The notes beneath the pieces were generated by a model. It ran no database searches. It worked only from the letters and a program-made list of their open reading frames with translations, and had not been told where the DNA came from. A DNA stretch of 37,535 bases, taken from positions 1 through 37,535 of IMG/VR virus record IMGVR_UViG_3300037485_000570, one strand, 5' to 3'. A program made the position numbers and the translations under genes. This DNA is from a virus. Lineage: Duplodnaviria; Caudoviricetes. Shown here piece after piece: positions 33,182 through 37,535 of the stretch (within the stretch, counting starts at the first letter, position 1; each line of letters begins with the position of its first letter).

Positions 33182-34852
33182 ATGGCAGATTCTCGGGCGA
33201 GTGACGTTCTTGACAAGCACGAGCGCATGCGTCAGCAGCGCGTGCATTTTGAGACTACTTGGCAAGACATTGCCGAACGGATGATTCCGCGAAAGGCTGA
33301 ATTTCGTCGTCAGCGTGGTCGTTCGACTGACATCAAAGGTGAGCGCAAGACTGAGAAGATATTCGACGCGGCACCGGCTTTGGCGCTGGATCGTTTTGCT
33401 GCAGCCATGCACTCGCTGGTCACGCCTCGGAACCAGCAGTGGCACAATCTAAAACCGCGCGATCCGGATTTGGCCGAGGACATCGAGGTCAAGCGCTATC
33501 TGGAGGCGGTAAACAAGCGGCTGTTTTCTGCGCGCTACTCGTCAAACTTCGACAACCAGGTGCATGAGAGCTACTTCAATGCTGGCGCATTCGGCAACAT
33601 GGGGCTGTTCATTGGCGACCGCCTTGGCCGTGAGATTTACTACCGTTGCGTTCCTGTCGAGCAGCTGTTCTTCATGGAGAACGAGTTCGGCGTTGTCGAC
33701 CTTGTGCATCGTGAATTCCCGATGACGGCGCGTCAGGCGGCTGAAAAGTTCGGACTGGACAAGCTGCCGTCCGTAATCAAGCACGCAGCCGAGAAGCGAC
33801 CCGAGCAGGAGTTCTGGTTTTTGCATTGTGTAAAACCGCGCGAGGACGCTGACGTTAGTCGTCGTGATTATCGCGGCATGGCGTTCGTGTCGTATTTCGT
33901 GTCGATTGAAAGCCGAGATGTTGTAAGCGAGGGCGGTTTTCGCTCTTTCCCCTACGCGATCAGTCGGTATTCGGTCACATCGGGCGAGGTGTATGGGCGC
34001 GGCCCCGCTTCGCTGGTGTTGCCGGACGTGAACATGCTCAACGAAATGAACCGCACCACGATACAGGCTGCCCAGCTGTCTGTGCTGCCACCGTTGCTGG
34101 CTCATCGTGACGGCGTACTTGACACGATTCGGCTCACACCGTCGGCCATCAATTACGGCGGCCTCGATAGCAATGGTCGACAAATGATCCAGCCGATGGC
34201 CGTGGGTGGGAATCCCAACATTGGTCTTGAGCTGATGGATCAGAAGCGTCGGCTCATCAACGATGCTTTTTGGAACACCCTGTTCCAGATTCTGGTCGAT
34301 GCGCCCAACATGACCGCGACTGAGGCCATGCTGCGTGCTCAAGAGAAGGGTGCTTTACTCGCTCCGACTGCCAGCCGGATAGAGACCGAATACTTGTCGC
34401 CATGCATCGAGCGCGAGCTGGACATCCTGGCGGCTGCTGGCGAAATACCGCCTATGCCGGACGCTCTGATCGAGGCTGGTGGCCTGTTCGAGATCGAGTT
34501 CAGCAGTCCGTTGGAGCGTGCGCGGCGTGCCGAAGAAGGCGTCGCAATCCTTCGCACGTTCGAGCAACTGGCACCGATGGCATCGGTTTCCGGCCCGAGC
34601 GTATTCCGTCGCTTCAACATGGACGAGGCGTCGAAAGTGCTGGCAGAAATTAACGGGGTACCTTCCTCTATTCTGCTGTCTGACGAAGAGCTGGAGCAGG
34701 TCAAGGTGCAGGAAGCGCAGCAGGCAGAGATGGCGAACGTGTTGCAGGCGGCTCCGGTAGCGGCATCGGCTGCGAAGGATTTGGCGGCGGCTCAATCGCT
34801 GGCTGCCTCGCAGCCGAACCAGATGCTGCCTAATCTTGGTCTGCCCGCATGA
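33182..34852 (+). CDS. Portal (head-to-tail connector) protein
   Basis: 556 aa; GEVYGRGP, MTATEAMLRAQEK, IEFSSPL (T7 gp8/Bbp21-like). Confidence 0.92.
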   Translation: MADSRASDVLDKHERMRQQRVHFETTWQDIAERMIPRKAEFRRQRGRSTDIKGERKTEKIFDAAPALALDRFAAAMHSLVTPRNQQWHNLKPRDPDLAEDIEVKRYLEAVNKRLFSARYSSNFDNQVHESYFNAGAFGNMGLFIGDRLGREIYYRCVPVEQLFFMENEFGVVDLVHREFPMTARQAAEKFGLDKLPSVIKHAAEKRPEQEFWFLHCVKPREDADVSRRDYRGMAFVSYFVSIESRDVVSEGGFRSFPYAISRYSVTSGEVYGRGPASLVLPDVNMLNEMNRTTIQAAQLSVLPPLLAHRDGVLDTIRLTPSAINYGGLDSNGRQMIQPMAVGGNPNIGLELMDQKRRLINDAFWNTLFQILVDAPNMTATEAMLRAQEKGALLAPTASRIETEYLSPCIERELDILAAAGEIPPMPDALIEAGGLFEIEFSSPLERARRAEEGVAILRTFEQLAPMASVSGPSVFRRFNMDEASKVLAEINGVPSSILLSDEELEQVKVQEAQQAEMANVLQAAPVAASAAKDLAAAQSLAASQPNQMLPNLGLPA

Positions 34853-35115
34853 AGTCGCTTTACGAGCGGTTTTGGAATCGTCGCAAGGCGTACCGCGAAG
34901 TTTTTGGAGGTGAGGCTGGCACTCGGGTGCTGGCTGATTTGCGCGGGTTTTGCTGCGCTGATTCCAGCTGCGTCGTTGTCGGCAAGGACGGCAAGATCGA
35001 CACACACGCGACGTTGTTGGCAGAGGGTCGTCGCGAGGTATGGCTCAAAATCGTGGAAACACTGAACCTGACTGACGAGACTCTGCTCAAACTTAAGGAG
35101 ATTGAAGATGTCTGA
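34849..35115 (+). CDS. Bbp19-like small protein
   Basis: YREVF...GTRVLADL..FC...EGRREVWL. Confidence 0.75.
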   Translation: MKSLYERFWNRRKAYREVFGGEAGTRVLADLRGFCCADSSCVVVGKDGKIDTHATLLAEGRREVWLKIVETLNLTDETLLKLKEIEDV

Positions 35116-35830
35116 AACCACCGCGCCTGTTGCGCCTTTGACCGCATTGTCTGCTATTGCTGGTGACCAGCCTGCCGAGACTGCTGCTGCGCCAGGTGTT
35201 GCGCCTGATGCAAGCACTAGCCAGCCTGCTGATTCAACCACCACTACCGAACCTGCTGCTGACGAAGCGCCAGCCGTCAAATTGCCAGGCAAGGATGCCA
35301 CGCCCGAGCAATGGTCGGAGTTCTACAAGCAAATCGGCGCACCGGACAAAGCCGAGGCATACGAGCTTCCGTTGCCGGAGGGTGATAGCGGCGAGTTCGC
35401 CAAGACCGCCAGTGAATGGTTCAAGGAAGCCGGGCTGCTACCGCAGCAAGCGAAGGCGCTGGCGACCCGATGGAACGAGTTCACCTTGGCTCAACAGAAA
35501 GCCTATGAGGTATCTGAGCAGGCTCGCATACAGGCGCTGGACGTAAAAAACAAGGAAGAGGACGCATCTTTACGCACCGAGTGGGGTCAAAAGCACGACG
35601 GCAATCTGGAGCTTGCCCGTCGCGCGGCTCGTCAGTTCTTCCCGAAGGATAAGGTGTCCGATGTAGTCACGGCTCTGGAGGACAAGCTGGGCTACGCCGA
35701 AACCATTAAGCTGCTTCACAGCATTGGCAAGGGTCTTGCCGAGCATGATGCGCCTGGGCTTGGTCATCAAACTGGAGGCGGCAGGAAGTCCATTGCTGAG
35801 GTTCTGTACGGAGGCACGTCGCCGTCTTAA
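35108..35830 (+). CDS. Capsid scaffolding protein
   Basis: Acidic, Ala/Pro-rich N-terminus; PDKAEAYEL, LRTEWG, AEVLYG; located between portal and capsid genes. Confidence 0.8.
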   Translation: MSETTAPVAPLTALSAIAGDQPAETAAAPGVAPDASTSQPADSTTTTEPAADEAPAVKLPGKDATPEQWSEFYKQIGAPDKAEAYELPLPEGDSGEFAKTASEWFKEAGLLPQQAKALATRWNEFTLAQQKAYEVSEQARIQALDVKNKEEDASLRTEWGQKHDGNLELARRAARQFFPKDKVSDVVTALEDKLGYAETIKLLHSIGKGLAEHDAPGLGHQTGGGRKSIAEVLYGGTSPS

Positions 35831-35831
35831 G

Positions 35832-36080
35832 ATGCCGAACCCGAAGCAGTTGCCGAAAATAACAGGCACGCGCGTGCCAATGACGAACAGGTTTTCGTTC
35901 GGTGCGCGCTTTGGGTATCCGTGGGATACGATGCGTTTGGGTGATTTTTTCATAGTCCCCGAGTCCATGCGTACAGCAGAAATGGTGCGTCAGGCAGCAT
36001 CGCGGCGGGGCTCTCGACATGGCGAGCGGTATCAAACCAAACTGACCGATGGCGGCATCATGGTGGTGCGAATAAAATAA
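35832..36080 (+). CDS. Small putative DNA-binding protein
   Basis: YPWDTMRLGDFFIVP...GIMVVRI motif of a small basic phage family. Confidence 0.6.
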   Translation: MPNPKQLPKITGTRVPMTNRFSFGARFGYPWDTMRLGDFFIVPESMRTAEMVRQAASRRGSRHGERYQTKLTDGGIMVVRIK

Positions 36081-36084
36081 TGAG

Positions 36085-36122
36085 TTGACAGCGTTGCGTT
36101 GTTTTTATCTCTGGAATATGCT
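36085..36122 (+). promoter_or_regulatory. Putative promoter for the major capsid gene
   Basis: TTGCGT-17 bp-TATGCT, with TTGACA just upstream; intergenic. Confidence 0.45.
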
Positions 36123-36188
36123 TCGCGCAGTAGAGTGATTTCCACCTACCAATTTACGCCGACCGGCGCTAACCTTTCGGAGTAGTTT

Positions 36189-37205
36189 ATGGCAACCATT
36201 GGCTTTTCCGCGCTGACCCTGACCGATTGGGCAAGGCGCCGTGATCCCGACGACCGGGTCGCATCGATTATTGAACTTTTAAATCAATCCAACGAGGTAT
36301 TGCAGGACATGCTGTGGGTTGAGGGCAACCTACCCACTGGCCACCGCACCACCGTGCGTACTGGCTTGCCTGCGGTAGCATGGCGAAAGCTGAACTATGG
36401 CGTTCCGCAGTCCAAGTCCACGACCGTGCAGGTCGATGACGCTTGCGGCATGCTGGAGGCTTTTGGTCAGGTCGACAAGGATTTGGCCGAGCTAAACGGC
36501 ACGACCGCGCAGTTCCGCTTGTCTGAAAACATGGCTTTCATTGAGTCCATGAACCAGGCGATGGCATCGACTTTGATCTATGGCGACAGCGAGCAGAACC
36601 CGGAGCGTTTCTTGGGCTTGGCTTCGCGCTATTCGACTATTTCCGGCGCGAATAACGGGCAGAACATCCTGTCGGCTGGCACCGTAACTGGTGGTGACGG
36701 CACTTCGATCTGGCTGATCGGCTGGGGTGAGAACACTGTTCACGGCATCTATCCGAAAGGTTCGACCGCTGGTCTGATTCATGAGGATTTGGGTCTGGAT
36801 ACCGTGAACGATGCAGTTGGTGGCAAATACCGCGCATACCTGGATCGTTATCAGTGGAAGTGCGGCTTGGCTTTGCGTGACTGGCGCTATGTTGTTCGCG
36901 GCGCAAACATCGACGTGTCTGCCTTGGTTGCTGATACCGCTGGTACTTCGGTTCGTATCATTGAACTGATGAGCCGTATGATCGACCGCATCCCGTCTTT
37001 TGGTATGTGCAAGCCTGCCTTTTACATGAACCGCACTGTGTTCTCGATGCTTCGCGTTCATGCGCTGAACCGTTCAGCGAATGCTTTGGGTCTTGAGCAG
37101 GCAATGGATCAATTCGGAAACCCGATCCGCGGTAACCTGTCGTTCCTGGGTATTCCTATCCGCCGAGTGGACGCGATCCTGTCCAACGAAGCACAAATCT
37201 CTTAA
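36189..37205 (+). CDS. Major capsid protein (BPP-1 Bbp17-like)
   Basis: LTLTDWA, IIELLNQSNEVLQD, GHRTTVRTGLP, DWRYVVRGANID, FLGIPIRRVDAIL. Confidence 0.92.
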   Translation: MATIGFSALTLTDWARRRDPDDRVASIIELLNQSNEVLQDMLWVEGNLPTGHRTTVRTGLPAVAWRKLNYGVPQSKSTTVQVDDACGMLEAFGQVDKDLAELNGTTAQFRLSENMAFIESMNQAMASTLIYGDSEQNPERFLGLASRYSTISGANNGQNILSAGTVTGGDGTSIWLIGWGENTVHGIYPKGSTAGLIHEDLGLDTVNDAVGGKYRAYLDRYQWKCGLALRDWRYVVRGANIDVSALVADTAGTSVRIIELMSRMIDRIPSFGMCKPAFYMNRTVFSMLRVHALNRSANALGLEQAMDQFGNPIRGNLSFLGIPIRRVDAILSNEAQIS

Positions 37206-37220
37206 TGGCGAGGTGACATT

Positions 37221-37535
37221 ATGATTCTGGATCGTGAAAATGCTTTCAGCCAGTCGCAGGCTTTGACCGGCACTACTCTTGTGCCATCGACCGATGTGAT
37301 TGATCTGAGCCAGATTCGCCAAGTTGGTGTTGGCGGTGATCTGTATTTGGTTCTAAATTTTGAAGTTGCTGCTGGTGGCACTACGCCCACCATCACCGTG
37401 GCTTTGCAGACCGATGATAACGTCGGCTTTGCAAGCGCGGCGACGCTGATCACTTACATGAGCGCTGTTACCACTCCTGGTGCCAGTTCTCAGTTGGTGT
37501 TTCCGTTGCCGTATCAGGGTTTGGAGCGCTTCATT
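37221..37535 (+). CDS. Capsid cement protein (Bbp16-like), 5' part; continues across the origin to 349
   Basis: GAGGT RBS, ATG 37221, frame open to the window end. Confidence 0.75.
   Translation, partial: MILDRENAFSQSQALTGTTLVPSTDVIDLSQIRQVGVGGDLYLVLNFEVAAGGTTPTITVALQTDDNVGFASAATLITYMSAVTTPGASSQLVFPLPYQGLERFI
37298..37535. repeat. Terminal direct repeat, copy 2
   Basis: Matches 1-238 with one substitution. Confidence 0.95.

Overview
The window is an apparently complete, circularly permuted ~37.3-kb podovirus genome. Bases 1-238 repeat 37298-37535 with one mismatch. The virion module follows the Bordetella BPP-1/T7-like layout: TerS, TerL, portal, scaffold, major capsid, cement protein, tail tubular A/B, GNAT-like protein, three ejection proteins and tail fibre. 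There is also a GH108 endolysin/holin lysis module, a leftward early operon (YqaJ exonuclease, RecT, AlpA/Xis-like HTH, many small ORFs) and a rightward replication operon (Cro-like HTH, HNH, SF2 helicase, VRR-NUC, DNA methyltransferase, primase-helicase, probable origin). I found no integrase, and only a C-terminal remnant of a CI-like repressor, so this looks like a formerly temperate phage. The most striking observation is two colinear 57-bp integron attC-like sites. One of them, with a complementary core site, brackets a DUF2829/Tad2-like anti-Thoeris gene as a 373-bp inverted gene cassette, although no integron integrase is encoded. Other notable items: a 2304-aa polyvalent ejection protein whose modules (ParB-like, ADP-ribosyltransferase, zincin, RISDH domain) are delimited by recurring Y-[ST]-R motifs; a 19-bp palindromic operator at six promoter regions; a C4-like structured RNA upstream of the methyltransferase; and shared RBS/start repeats in the early genes. 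All family assignments come from my motif recognition, not from database searches.
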